Source: Phoronis australis
Lineage: Eukaryota > Animalia > Phoronida
NCBI GenBank assembly: GCA_002633005.1
Contig: NMRA01000060.1
Coordinates: 554,016 to 618,015 of the forward strand
Direction: 5' to 3'
Length of the DNA stretch: 64,000 nt
Shown: positions 46,831 to 61,379 of the stretch, piece by piece
Layout of the letters: each line of letters starts with the position of its first letter
Numbering within the stretch: the stretch's first letter is position 1
Program-made: the position numbers and the translations under genes
Notes under the pieces: model-generated
What the model saw: only the letters and a program-made list of their open reading frames with translations
What the model was told of the DNA's origin: nothing
The model's database searches: none

Positions 46831-47599
46831 TGTCCTCCACCTAGGGCGGACTTGGGATATTCGGTACAAATATGGTGGCATCGGGAGCATGGGTGGAGGT
46901 AGGGTGGCATTGGTGTTGGCCGATGGGTTTTTTTTTGGCGAAGTCCGGCGAAATAATTGTTGCCTTCCTACGGGCCTGGTACAGTAAGTGAGCTTTAATA
47001 TATTTTTAACAAACTCAGAACAATTCACTAAAGTCTTTTACGCACATATTATAGGAACAAATTTTGAATTGTGGCGGAGTGCTTTTTCTGTACCGCAGTA
47101 AAGTAAAATTGCTGTGCATTCACTTATTTTATTAGTGGAATTTGATCACCTGGGTAAACCTTTTTCACTTTACTAATTTTGCAAGTGATAGATAAAACCC
47201 TATAACCAAATTTGAATATACTCATCTTTTTGGTCGCTCTAATTATAACACTCAAACAGAATATCTTAGAGGTGTGCTGCTGGGTAATCTCGTCCGAAAA
47301 GCAGCAAGCTTTGCGCATATCAAAATGGAGGCTATCAACAAAACGGACTACACTCTTTCACAATGCTACATGTACATGTACGAACGGTAGCACAGTGGAA
47401 TGTTATTTAACATGGCTTCTCATTTGTTAAAGTAATAAAACAGACGTTCTTTGATTGTAATGCAAAAAGTCTTTCCCGCATATTCATGAGCGATTTTACT
47501 TTTTCACAAGGTTCTCTTCGTGTTGATATGGCCAATTACATCAGTTTTTGGCCATACTAGGGTCAAAAAACGAACAATCGCCGAACAAATGAAAAAGTT

Positions 47600-48070
47600 C
47601 ATACTTATTCGACGTTCTGTTTACTCATTCAACATCATCAAGTGTCAGGTTACATCCCCGAAGTGAAATGAGTCAAGAAGACAGGAAATAAAAAATAGGT
47701 CATCACCATAGCTGTAGGACCACAGACCTCTGCATGTTATTTAGAGAACCAGAAGCATGGTGATCCTGAACGGTCAATGACTCGTTAATGTAAAGTAATT
47801 CCTTTATAGGTTCTTCACCGATTATACTGACTGAATTAGCTTGCTGATTGTTACTAATACAATGTCTAAAGACGTTGCTTTTGTCTGACGGGTGTGATGT
47901 TCTCTCTGTCACAGAGACGATTGTCCGATTTTTGATATTTGTAAAAAATAGAATTATCAATTGTTCTGAGGAGTTTCCAATTTGATGACTCCTTAGTGTG
48001 CTGACACTACAAGCAGCATCTTTACAATGAGTGCGATACATAATATGATGATGAAAAACAAGCTTTATAA
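47600..48070 (-). mobile_element. Penelope-like remnant (GIY-YIG endonuclease fragment and decayed hammerhead)
   Basis: YRTHCKDAAC...KSNVFRHC...IIGEEPIKELLYI, followed on the minus strand by TTGATGATGTT..AACAGAACGTCG at ~47605-47642. Confidence 0.6.
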
Positions 48071-49317
48071 CTCGCCAAAACAGTAATGTTAAGTGACTGA
48101 AATATATTAAGCTAAGGTATAACAATGTGCACCACCTGTGTAGCATGGCCCGACCCTAAACTAGTATGCAGGACTATGTGCCTCATAGGACTGAGTCGAG
48201 ACGTCTGTCCCGATAAACCTTAAACCAAGATCAAATCAAGGTGGCTTACCAATCAAGGAAACTCTTTGTCAACTTCGACATTCTGTCGGCCAGCACTTTT
48301 AAGCGGAGATCAGTTTAAAAACTGATATCTTATTTATACCAATCTACTAGTGCACGCTTTTTCACCGTTTCCGTCAGCCGAGAATGACGCACAGCACCAT
48401 CCATTTTAAATTGACGGACTCAATTTGAAAATCTCCTCTGCATGAGAGATTTCGTATTGGCAATCACTTCGGTAGCCATTTTGTCGGCGCACCGTACGAA
48501 AATCAAACATTAAATCAAACAATTGATTGCAAGAATGTCGACGTGTTAAAAGAGCATTAAAACTGTTTGCGCAAAGACCTTTTTAAGTATTTTGTAACAA
48601 AAATGAAACGGAAAGAGTGCTTTTTGAGATTGTCTATGTAAATTCACAAAAAGCGTTAAATACATACACAAAATGTACCGAGAGTGGTTTTGATGAAGTA
48701 ATATACCACGAGACATTATTCCGCGTATCGACCGAAACCGAATGTCGAGTGGGATATTACTTCATCTACGCCAATCGAGGTACGTTTTGTATTTATCCCA
48801 TACGCATCAAATTCCTAAGTTTCCTTTATTTTTTCGCCCGATTTTTCAAACGCTTCATTCAGACTGTTCACGTGGCGGATCACATCCTATGTGTATGTAC
48901 TTGCGCGTTAGGTTGCAAGTTTTCTCTAGAAAAAACAGTTTTAAATGTAACGAATTATTACTTGAAAAGAGATAACAAAGATGAAAACAGCGGTAGATGT
49001 GTGTCTGAGATTGACTATGGGTTTGTTTAAAAGCTAGATATGCTTTGAGATTGTGCGTAGATGGAGAGAGAATGATTAAATCCAGTAATTAATTTATTAT
49101 ATGATAACCACTAATTAGACAAGTGAAATCTGTTGTTAATTTAGTAATCAACTACAAGGAAGAGTAAACAGGCTAGCGCCCTCTTTAAAGATTTCTTTAA
49201 TCAATCAACCAAAATAATCAAATGTCTTATCTGCTATCCAAGCTGAAGGACTCTCCACTTGTTGGATGACAGTTCTATTGGTGAATCTTCGAACTACACA
49301 CTGTATTGCGACAGTGT

Positions 49318-49420
49318 TCTTGCTGGTCACAGTCTCTGGTGACGCAATACTTGCAGGCAATTTCTTCTACCCTCGATTCTTTTTGCTGGTCACAGTCTCT
49401 GGAGACGCAACACTTCAGGC
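49318..49420. repeat. Spaced direct repeat (~40 bp, period ~63)
   Basis: TGCTGGTCACAGTCTCTGGWGACGCAAYACTT at ~49321 and ~49384. Confidence 0.8.
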
Positions 49421-52400
49421 AGTATCTTACTACCAACGATGCAAGTGACAAGTTCTTAGTTAACTTCCGGTTCGTTAAAGAGACACTGGACAGTTCTCAC
49501 AGGGATTTGCCTATCAGGACACACTTCAATGGACTCTTCCCCATTTCTTCACTCTGTCAAAAACTGCATGCAAATAAAGAAAAGTTTTGAGTCATTTCAC
49601 ATCACAAGCCCTACAGATGAGCACAGAAACTTTGTACTGTCTTGTATTTTTGACCCTTCCACTCCCAATGGAAACCAAGCTGAATTAAGAACAATAAGGG
49701 CAAAAAATGCAAAATCGGCACTTTTCATCCCAAAATCACCACTTCCCTGCCGATGCTCGACTAAAGCCTACATTAAACTCCGAAAGCAAATTTTCTACCG
49801 ATTCCAAAAATGTGGTCCAAAGTACTGTCAACCAACTAGTTTTGTTTGCAAATCTGGCTTGTTTGAGGGCTACCTGAAATCGATGCCAATTTCTCAGTTG
49901 TTACACAGCAATGCACAATTGCAACAGGGGGCCACCATCTTGAAGAAGAGTGCAGCTTAAGCCGAGAAAGTGGCCTTTTTCATTCTCAGCATGTTCACAA
50001 ATACAAAAAAAAAAAACACATTCACTTGGCTTACACACAATACCTAACTAAAAATGCCCCCAAGCCTGGCCTACGCCTGGACTTTAATATTTTGGGAGTG
50101 CAAACTGGCCGCGGCCGCAGTCTACCTGTTCAGTGCCACCTAAACCCTTGCCCTTGCCAAGATCCTCTCTAGAATCTTCCATGAGATGGCTCTGTTGTAC
50201 AATTTCCTCTGTACACTGTAGCAAGTCTTTAATCTTTCAACTACTATAACTAATCTGAATATCTTCTTGATTTTAGCCCATATTGTAATATTCTTCTTAT
50301 TTAGTGATTGGCTAACAAAAACCACATGATCTTATCTAATCATATCATTGGCTGTTACGATTTGTTCTCAGAAATGTCTAGAATCTCTAGAGGGCTTTGA
50401 CCCCAGAACCCAAAGTTGTAAACACCATCTAAAATAGATTTTGACGTTAAACTACATGTACATGTCAACACGTTTGACCCCTGGTACATATGGACAAATT
50501 TTGGGATCTATTCTTACTAATTACTTAATCATTATTTATTCTTACAGTGCATTGTACTTAAAGTAACATCTCCAGAAAATAGTTACACAACAAAATTTCA
50601 AATTCTAGTTACCGAAGAATCGGCGCCTGAGTTGCAGACGACATATTTAGGGATTGAAAATTGAGACAGAACTGTTACATAATTAACGGTCCTGTTCCCG
50701 ATGTTACGAATGAGACCTGATTGCATAATGAGTGTTACTCACACTGTTGCAAATGCATTAAGTGTTTTCCGAAAGTTTGATGATTGAACTGGTTAGCAGT
50801 ATAGTTGTCAGTTCTTCGATTCGTAATTCATACTTTGCGAAACAAAAAACAAGAAGGACAAACACTTGCTGTTGGAATATAATAAATCATAATGTTTATG
50901 GAAATACATGTACCCTCTGTCCTTCCATCCGTGCGATGCTGCCAGTTTGCTTGCCTGCCGCCCATTCAGAGTCGGGCCTGCCTTCCTCCGTGCCTACCTC
51001 GGTCCTTCACTCCTTCGCTCCCTCCCTCGCTTGTCCTTCTCTCTCGTGCCTCCCACCCCTTTACCCTCTGCCTACCCCCCTCCTTCCCCTTTACCATTTA
51101 CGGTGACGGGTTCACTCTTAAATTTTCCATGAGGTTCACCGTCAAATCATCATGTATCTTCTTCAATGGGTTCACTCAGTAAAATTTTAACGGCATCATA
51201 ACATCCATTAATTGGATGTGACACAGGTCTTCTGCCATACGAAATGCTTTGAATTGACATTGATGAATGGGCATTTCTCTACGGCCTGATATCCAGTCTA
51301 CGAACTCGAACGCCAACTACGTTTAGACACTTCCTGTTCTACCGAGATAAAAGCCTTTGGTTTTGTGTTCCACAGTAAGCTTGCAGTTTGCATTCTGAGA
51401 AACTGCATACATTTCACAGCCCCTTGTCAAAAGATCTATACAAGAGCTGCTGTTTATCACGAAAGCTCATCTGAGGTTCTTTTGTCTTGTGCAGAGTACA
51501 ATAATTAAAACATAAGTGACGAGTTCACGCAAAACGCTGGCTAACTTAAATGGATATGTCGAGGACAAGAGGTTGTGATTTTTCTAATTGGCTGGCTGCT
51601 GAAATTGGATTTCCAGTGGAGAGTTTCGCTGGAATCACTCACCCGAAGAAATGCGACAAAACTACTAGACCATTCTCTTTCCGTTCTCTGGTAGACTTAG
51701 TTAACTCGTTGAACCGGGTAGAGAATTGACCTGCGAGTCTAAGATACAGCTAGACATGAGAAAAACTCTCCTGATTTCTAGCTACTACAGTAGCAGTACA
51801 GATATCGGACTGCTGCAAACATTGAAACTTAACAACTAACCTAGTATTCCGTACATGCTATAAATGAGTTTTTATAAAATACTTAAAAACTTTTCGTTAA
51901 AATATACAAAAAACAACAAAAAACAATGTATCAGATCATATCGATTTTTTCTACATCCAATATTTAGGATTTTACAAAATCATAAGTTGATGTGAAGGTG
52001 GTGTATGAATACAAAACTTGTAGTAATTTTCTTTACAGGCTTTGGTGATTTAATACAAGCGTTTCAGTCTCATTCATGCACTTCCGAGAACGGCATGATA
52101 TTTTCGTAAAAGTGGATGTAATAGCTTTACAGCTATATCATATATTGAGAACTATTTCAGTTGCGCAATTATTCCCTGTGTAAGTTGGTTAAACAGACGT
52201 CACTGGTGTCATCCATTTAAATGAACACCTGTGAATAGAACAAGACACAAAATAATGGCACATTTTAATAAAGGTGGCAACAGTTGTCAAGAGAAACTTA
52301 GACATTATTAACCTAAATAAGCAATTTTGTTTATTCATAATTTATAGGTTTTCATTGAAATGTGTAAACTAAAAATGATCACTACATTGAATTTATCCAA

Positions 52401-55400
52401 AGTAATCTAATTCTCCATTTTCGTACAAGTATAAAAGGAAACACTCTGAACAAGCTTACTGTACACTTTATATGCATCTCAAAATGAGACTGAAGCTAAC
52501 TAAGGTGACGTTACAGCTTAGAAATACATGTACGCTGATGTCACAATTTTATAAACTATTCTTTTGTCATGGTAGAGTGCAACCTCTAAATCCATTTGAC
52601 AATTTAGGGCGTTTTTTGAAACGATCCCAGACTATGTTTTGGCTATACATGTTCAGTCAAACGTTACTCCTATGCTTGGTTAACAACATTGAAGTGAACA
52701 GGTCAAATACATGTACACAGTTGAGACATATGACCGTTAATTGTGTATTGCTTCAGTCATCTGGTTGTTTCCTACTCTTTTATTTTAGATTATGTTGCAG
52801 GGAACACGCCTAAAATCTGAAAAGCAACATTTCTCTGTAAAAGCTGAACTCTGAAGTTTCTAAAGAGCTTTATATAAATGAAAACAATTTAGCTATAGGG
52901 AAATGTTCATTTCACTAATAAAATTAACTGAACAGACTAAACAGAAAGGAAAGGTCATAATTTCAACTACTAAACATTTTATCAACAATGAACAAAAAAT
53001 TAATAATTTACATGCAACATTTAAAAATCGTGTTGTTGCAGGAAAAGAATACTCCACTCTATATATATGAAACGTGAACAAATTAATCAGCTTATTCAAG
53101 CGTAAAAATAAGTTCCTCGGTTATTTGAATGTAAAGTCATCTATATAAGCCAGATTCTTCTGCATTTTCATCGAACTTGTGCAGTACCACAATATTGCAA
53201 TTCTGTCATATTTGTTCATTTGTTTGGGTTTGTTTTGGTATATTGGTGAGCCTGTCATCGCTCACAAATCACTCGGACCCTGTGTTGGTGCAAGTATTGA
53301 CATGGTTTTCAAATTGGTCTTGTTATCTCCTAGTTTATTAAGTTGTCTTTTTATTGAATAACTGTTCACTTTGGATTTACTTTTATGATAGCACAGCAAG
53401 AGTTTTCAGATATGTTTCAGTCAACTTGCTTTTTTTCTGTCGGGTAACTTCTATGGCCCATCCAACCTGAGTGTCCATGTGATGTACTGCTCTTTCCTGT
53501 AGTAAACATGTTGATGTCGTAGACCAAGTAAGTCACCCGACCAAGTTAACTTGGCCTACGACTTCGACACATTGGCCATTTGAAGAAGCATATTGTTTGC
53601 AAGCGACAGGATGACCATTAACATATGTTACAGAAACAGTGGCCGTTGCTTTCTGTATGTCAGGGCACAAGTGATTTCGATTCAATAAAGTGTCGCAGAA
53701 TGGAAGCGTGGTCTTAACACATTCAATCTATTCTCGTTTACATGACGCAAACACTTGAAGTTTATTGCACAATTGTATTTCTTGTACAATTATCTTGCTG
53801 TGCAGTCACTCTGACATGTGTGTATGGTGTGTATGTACTCATTCTAGTAACATTATAAGTTACAGTGGACCTACTCATCACTCTGACCTTTGGTTTCGAA
53901 TGATACAATCTGATTGCAGTCACCGTGTAGCTCATTTAGACATTTGTTGTTTTGCTTAAGTTGCTTTGTTTTTGTACAGAAAATAGTAAGGACATTTACT
54001 CAATTCACCAGTTTACACGACATTTACTGTATTGTTTTACAGGGAGCATGGATACAAATAATATTGTACTTGCATTCTAGCCTAAGTCAGACTTTAATCA
54101 AATTTGAGCAGAAGTTGACAGCTTAGTGCATTCACCTCAACAAGGCGAACAGAACTTCGTTGAGCTAGGCTATTTGTTGTACTATGTTTAAGCATTTACA
54201 CCTTAAACAGAAAAATTAACGTTGTTAACTCTGTGTGGTTGGAAATACTCTTATAACAACAGCGACATCCAGTGAATGAATCTGCTTATTTAAGAAAGCA
54301 AGTGAAAATTCCAAGATAATTCCAATATTCATTTGGCTAAAGACTAATGACATTTTCAGTTGAAAATTGAGTGTACTGAACACCCATCGTAATCTCATGA
54401 GTTTTAGCGAGGTCTTAGGGTACTGTAGGTCCGAACGTTACTGAGCTTTACCCATGCTAGAATTCAGTAGATGTCTCGCTTCCAACCAAAACAACGTGCT
54501 CTCATTGAAATTACAGGGCAATATCTCGTGTAATGTCACGATGTCTTGCCTTTCTAGCGAGGTCCTTGCGCTACTGAACTCTACCTTGAAGCAGACCAAA
54601 AGACAGCGAACACGCGAAGAAAAGTGCCATCGCGGAAACACACGGTTCTAACCTATTCTGGCTCTTGATTGAAATGACGTTAGAAACGAAGGCTGGCCCT
54701 CCCAACAAAAGCACAGATTAGTCCTATCAACACAAAATTTCTATTTTGCCTAATTTGATATCCATATATTTGTAACTCATGAGGCTGCGCTAGTGTTCGC
54801 CAAAGCCTAACAGGGTTTTATAAATACTGTTAACAGAATAGGGACTGTTTCATTTCGATGGAGTTTGTGTTCTCAGTTAGAATAATAAAAAATTAATCCA
54901 CTCAGCTTTCACATTGCATGGTACAGAGTTTTGTGACACAGTATGAAACATGCCGGTGATCAAATGTTAATTGTCAGGGACGGGTGTTATACTTTTACTT
55001 GGGGGGCGGTCAAACGTAATTTACTCTGTTCCAGTTAGCGGGCTGCTATAGTGAGGCAAAAGTCGTTTAAAGGGCAAATTGACTACGCTTGAACAAAAGT
55101 GACGTTATCTACATGTAACTCACACCGTTGAGTCTTTGATTGATAAACGAACACACTCCTGAAGTCATAGTAACTTATTTTTTGAGCTTTACTTCTAACT
55201 TTCTGTCACTCAAGGATAGCAGTTATGATTCCAGTCTCGATATTCAAACTCCTGCTTGTCGAAGCAATCTAATCCGTATCAGCTTTCGGATATTCCCCCA
55301 CTGACATACCTGGTGTTTCAACTCGGCTGTCAAGGATCACATTGTACGAACCGATAGAACTCTCGTTTTCCTGGAAGTAAGAATGTGCATTGTTTTCATT

Positions 55401-56647
55401 GGCCTCGTTTTCGATTGTCAGGTCATGTCGAAAGCCCCGTCAAGGTGAATGGCCATGGCAATTTTTGCGATTTCAGTCGTTTAAAAGGACCAGAATTTAA
55501 AAATTATCTTTAAATGAGTTTTGTTATACTTTCAAACTTGCACCCTCCACTCGCGCTGCATTTTGTTGCCTTTGATTGAAGGCGGAGAACACAACATTAC
55601 ACATCCACGGATAATCAAGCAGCCCAATAGTTCTTTGGCATTGGACAAATAGAGTAATGCAACCGAGAAAAACTCGTGCAGAACAGAGCAACAAAGAAGA
55701 TGTGCAGCTCCAACAACATGAAATGGAGTCTACAAAAGTACTTGGCGGATGAAACGGCACATACTCAGTTCTTTAAGACAAAGCTGGGTCTTGCTAGTCC
55801 ATGTTCAAATGCAGTGGTATTAAGTAAATGTGATAGTTACTTGCTTTATAAAATTGTTTAGCTCTTGCTCTTAATTTCTCCTCACTTGAGATAACATAAA
55901 CACCACAACACGCTATGCAAAAGGTGCCTGGAATAAGTAGTGTGCATTGAATTCAAAGAGTACACCCATGTTTAAATGCTAAAATATTGGACGAACTCGT
56001 TGAATTCGGCGTGTCTGTGTTCAAGTCCTACGTGTTTAACGATGCTAGATTCCAAAATGTGCTTCACGTGATTGAATTGAGTTCTATTTAGATATTGTCT
56101 TAGCGCATCAGAGAATGTTGATATTTAGGTTAACCAGATTGATTATTAAACTGTACAAGTTACCTGAGTTTACAAGAAAAAGTTCGAAGCCAGGTCGATG
56201 GTCTTGATCGAGATTTTTACAAATGATTGCGTTACGAATTCTGTGTCTTAATTGGCTTTACGAATGTGGTGCAAACCTCTTATGCACTACGCGAAATGTT
56301 TCTGGACTATTTAAGGATCGGGACACATTACAGAGCAGCCCAAATTACGACAGTGGTTGTAAGTGTATCTCACATTACTCTTAGCTGCAGCTTCTGCCCG
56401 TAATGCCCATCAACCGACTATTGATATCACGGGTTCAAACGAAAGCTGTAAGAGGTGTGTTTGTAAGGCCATCGCAACTTATTCACAAATCAAACGTACA
56501 TAATTCCCGTATTTTTTCGCATTTATTTATCATTTACATTCACCACCTGAAGTTTTACCACATATTGTTGTCTATTATTTACGCTGCTCATATTATGTCA
56601 TCGTCTCATACCTAGCGCATTATGTATTTCGCGCGTTTTTAGCATTT

Positions 56648-59600
56648 TACCCTCCAACTTGATAATGTACGGTATATGCTGCTCGATGATCCGGAATTAA
56701 GGTGTATGCTTTAAAACTATATGTTGCTTTATACGTGTCGATCACGAAGATCTGTGAACTGTTATATACCGTCAGAGGTCCTAAAGTCGTGAGTGCCCTA
56801 AAATCGTGAACAGTCTCGCGACATCGAGCGTTGAAGTTACCAGCGTTCGTCTGCTCACGAACGTCAAACGAATACCCGGACGTGTTGATATTCACAATAT
56901 GAAAATAAACAGAGCGTGGGTGGCTTCTTTTTAAAAATGTATCTTAAAACAGCATATATCACTAATCCACTCTTTGTGCATTTGGGGAATATATTTTTGA
57001 AACTAAACATCGTTCAGATTTGCTGTAACACGCGATCCAGGGGAGGCTGGAAAAATGTATCAGAATGTCCCAGGGTCGATCAAGTTTTGTAATTTAGTAG
57101 AAGCCGGGAACCAGACTTTTTAACACTAACAAGGTATAGCAAATTCAACTAGCTCTGTTCCCAAGCCGCGTTTTTGACCATCTAATTAGCATAAACAAAA
57201 TGACGGCCAAATTGTCAAGTTCAGGTGCATTCTTGTAGTAGAAATCACAGCATACATGTACCATTAGAAACGGTGAAATGCCTCGCCTGTACACATCTTA
57301 TAAATAGTTTTTGAGCAATACATCACATATTGGAACTAAAAAATTACAACTCCAAAAACTAATTATGCAAATTAGATGCCGCCATTACCCCACAAAGCAA
57401 TTTTTGTCGTAACTTTGTGTTCCAGGAGGCTGATTTGAAAAATGAAGTGTTTGTACTTATGTTTTCATGGTCAACAAACATGATGAAGACAGTTCGAAGC
57501 AATTCATTTCATATATGTTGGGTTATACAATTTTTACAGAATGAGGAAAATATAGTTGTTGGTCTGCAATGCTCATTTAGCACGGTCTGTCTATGTTGGC
57601 AGAAGATAAGGACAAACGTTCACATTATTCCGTAATCTTCACTTCGTAAAAATAAAAAATTGTTATTGATATTTATGATATCAACGGTTATCATCAGATT
57701 GTCTTTTGTAAGAATTATTTTTGAACCAGCTGAACACTGTTTTAGCATTCACGTTTTGGTACTTTTTACACGTATGAAGCAAATCAAAGTTTATTCATAC
57801 AAGGAGTCTGATCGTGAATGTGCTGCTGGCATGTGCATAATGATGTGCATCGCAATCCAGATTTCCTGCATTTGCATCGTATACTGTTGCATTGTTTCTG
57901 GCATGCACACGATACCATCTCTAGGCAACTGTCTGGACTGGGCTCTGTGTGAATAGTATGGGCTGAAGTAATGTTTCCGTGTGTGTCCATCCCATAGCAG
58001 AGGGTGCTGGGAGTTCAGGTGTGGAACAATGAGCACTTCGCCATACCTTGACTTGATAGTGCACTCCCATCAGATGGAAACGAAGGGCATCATGCGTTGG
58101 GGGAAGGGCCTCTGGCTTCACGGTCTTGGAGAATAGTAAATGGCGTGCCTCATCTACAAAGTCTGTTCTGATCACGTTGTATATTCTGCTGACAAATGCT
58201 TCTGAAAACCTCATAGTTTCCTCAGTCAGTCCACCAATGCCCAGGTTCTTAAGCTATCTGTGATGGTCTAGGAAAGTATGAGGTGGTGTCACACCCAATC
58301 AGGGTATGAAAAGCTAACAAGGGTGTTACCGAGTCTCTTGGTAGTTTGTTGAAAACTGCTTCGATAGGTATATATCGTCGTTTCTTTGATGTGCCCGCCA
58401 TCATCCAGAGATGTTCACATTGCATTTGTTTGAAGTGCGATACCAGAAGCAGTAGAACAACAGTGTTTCTGGAAGATACGACTACTGTATTAAATTGGCT
58501 GTGGACAACTTGCAGTACCATTCTTGTATCTGCTTCTTCATGTGTGGATTTCAGGGGCCTCAAATTAGTCGTATTGTAAGATGACTTGACTTCCAGCTCA
58601 TCTCTAAACCCTCCAGCAACTATAACCTCTTTATCTTCAGGCGTCTGCAAACGCAGTTCCTCTGACAAGAAATGTGCTAAGTCTGCTTTATTCTTAGCAA
58701 ATGCCATGAAATTTGACCAGTTTTGAGTAAGAGGTACATCACGGCCTTCCACAAGCCGCTTGACTGGTAGCGTTCCTTTACTGTGAAGTTTTCTGGTTGT
58801 GCCCTTAATTGTTTCTTCTCTGTATCTATCAAATACAATATCAATTTTATGGTACTGGGATCCTGTGTTTAGCACCGTTTACAGGAATAAATCAGCCAGG
58901 TCTCCAAAAGTCTCAGCACCATCAGGCTTCCCAAGAGCTACCAATAATGCCTGGCTATCAATAACGAGACAAGAAGACGTGTCATGAAGTTGAATTGTTT
59001 CAGGACAGTCGATGAGTTCTGTTGGTAAGCCGGCAAGTACACAGCGCAATGTGCCATTCGTTTTAGCAAGGGAAAGGGGGACGGGAAGAAGCTCGCGTTT
59101 TAGCACAGACGGCAATCATAAGCCGTAATTAGACGGCGAAGGACATTGCTGTCTGCTTTCAGAATTATTTTTTTGTCTTTGTCTTTGGTTTGTTTCACTA
59201 CATCATATAAGGTTGCAAATGTCGGGGCATTATTTTTGCGCATTGACGCATGAATTGACAAGTCTGCCTTATTGCATTGCTCAGCGATGATTAATCGTGT
59301 CTTGAGCAAATTCCTTTACTTGTTCGTGTCCAAGTTCCTTGGCATGCAGCAGTGACTCTTGGATTGGTGCTGTTGCTAGGTCTTTTGTTGCAAGGTTGTG
59401 CAGCAGCTCAGGCCGTGCGGAAGACCTTAAATCCCTGGAAAGAGGAAAGAAGGGAACTCTCGTCATTATCGTCTCTCAGTTGTCTAGCTTTCGTGGCTTC
59501 GTTGTGAAGCTGTGTACTCCCACAACGCAGCCCATACATTAGAAAAGTCTGTTCAACTATATGAGATCTCAGATTAAAGGAGAGTGTCCACCTGCATAGA

Positions 59601-59745
59601 GGTGTCCTTGTTTTGGTAATACCGATAATGCCACCGCCTTTTTCCCTGTCCCATTTACCCACTCGATTGCTTGGTCAGCATCTACCTGACAGAACATATG
59701 AGGAGATCGCTTGACTACAAAATTTCCTGCTTGAAACTCTGACCA
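56648..59745 (-). mobile_element. Academ (AcademX-type) DNA transposon remnant: transposase core, XPG/PIN-like domain and Cys-rich C-terminus, multiply frameshifted
   Basis: Consecutive minus-strand ORFs from 59745 to 57787: GNFVVKRS..DQAIEWVN, GGIIGIT, ELLPVPLSLA, IDIVFDRY..TIK, HEEADTRM, AFHTLIGCDTTS, LPPTHDALRFH, CACQKQCNSIRCKCRKSGLRCTSLCTC. The non-coding extension to a putative TACCCT terminus at 56648 is less certain. Confidence 0.82.
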
Positions 59746-60499
59746 AATATAAGGCCAAAACAATAAAATAGAGAGAGATACCTGACGCTGGGTTCTTAGC
59801 GTTTTACCTAAACAACCTCATTGAAAACATCTGTGCGCATCAAAGTTGGATGCAAAACATTAATATAGATTATTACATGGCGAAGTCGTTATCTAGAGCC
59901 CGAGTGGATTTTGAAGAATTATCGCCCTAGGGAATAACGACTGAGAACATGTAATAATCTATTTATACCACATACTGAACGAGAAACATTACAATGAATC
60001 GATCTTTCTCGACTCGCCTCGGCTTTGTAACTACTTTCTATGTCAAAGGCCCGGGGCCGGAGGTCGTGACCTTTTAAGAAAAGCTGAGTTACTTTTGTCA
60101 AACAATGCTTTTACTCAAAACCAATTGAAAACTAAAACAAAATAGAAATAAAGTGAATTTATAAATTAAGATTAAGCAACTATTATAGCTTACTACACAT
60201 TTTATCACGCTGAGCTTCGACCGGGAAAATATCGTCTGCTAAAGTAGGTTACCACTAGTAGCTGACTATAATGCTCAAGTCAAAGGATCCCGACGACACG
60301 ATACCCGCATTCAAATTGGAGATCGGTGATTTAGAAATGAGAGAACACGAAAGAAAAATTTCACTGAATTAAAATATCGTTTTTATGGAAATTATGCGTT
60401 CATAGCATATAAAAGTTGGTGCAATACCCTTTGCTGAACATGCGATTGTTGCGCGTGCTCATTATTTTAAGTATTCTATTTTCACGTTCGATGACGTCA

Positions 60500-60575
60500 G
60501 CCGCTAAGTGGTGTAGTGGTAAAGTCGTCGACTCGAAGCTCTTGAGGCCGGGGTTTGAAACCGGTCTTGGTTTCC
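60500..60575 (+). mobile_element. tRNA-derived SINE head or tRNA pseudogene
   Basis: Pol III A box TGGTGTAGTGG and B box GGTTTGAAACC at tRNA spacing. The acceptor and anticodon stems pair poorly, so this is not a functional tRNA. Confidence 0.55.
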
Positions 60576-61334
60576 CGCCAAAATGTGATAAACGTTATGG
60601 GTTATATCTGCCATTCGAGGCTAATATCGTGGTATGAAACAATTTATTTCAATTGAAACTGAATTAATAAACAATGCAATGCGTTTTGATGTCGTCTAGA
60701 GTAACTGTAAGCACTGTAGTTGATTTTTGTGGTCTTAGTTCATGCATTTCCGCCTAAACGAAACGACCACGACTTTAGGGCCTCATTCAAAGTGGCCGGC
60801 GATATCAGCGACCGTTTGAAAACTCTGCTTACGGAGTTAAACAAGAATTAAGATTGGCAAAACACGTATATTTGTGAAGACTGATATATGTCCATGACAT
60901 CATATGAACAGTTGCTAACGGACATTGGGTTAGTATGACAATCAGCTGCTTTTTCTGCTTATATTCACGGGTTTAGGTCACCGGTGTCCAGTATGCTCCC
61001 TATGCAGCTGCTGTTTTACAGGGATTACGAAAGAAATGGACACAAGAGAATTCGTAAAAAAAGTCAAGTCTTCAACGAAATTTGTCTACGAGAAGGTTGC
61101 GAGTGAGCACAAATGATATTATAATTCACATCTACTGTCATTCACAGCATCCATAAAGCACAGATTGCTTATATATAATTCATTTCCTAAATCCATATTA
61201 CGAGTTAACAGCATTAACACTGCGCTATTTTACCATATTTTCCAAAAGATATGACTTCACTTAAAGTACTTCATGAGAGATTTCAATACAGTACTTGGTT
61301 TGTATTAAAGAAAACAACAACGGTTTTAAGTCGA

Positions 61335-61379
61335 CTTGACATGTTTCAGTGTCATTTATTCAAACACCATCATCAGAAG
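61335..61379 (-). ncRNA. Minimal type I hammerhead ribozyme motif (Penelope pLTR type)
   Basis: Minus strand CTT-CTGATGA-T-GGTGT-ttgaataaatg-ACACT-GAAAC-AT-GTC-AAG. The catalytic boxes are intact, stem II is present, stem III is the palindromic ACATGT, and stem I is CTT/AAG. Confidence 0.7.

Noticed and set aside
50900-51100. Pro/Leu/Ser-rich ORFs in three frames (also 63440-63590)
   Set aside because: CT-rich low-complexity sequence that lacks stop codons by composition.
60500-60575. Functional tRNA gene
   Set aside because: A and B boxes are present but the cloverleaf stems do not pair, which fits a SINE head or pseudogene better.
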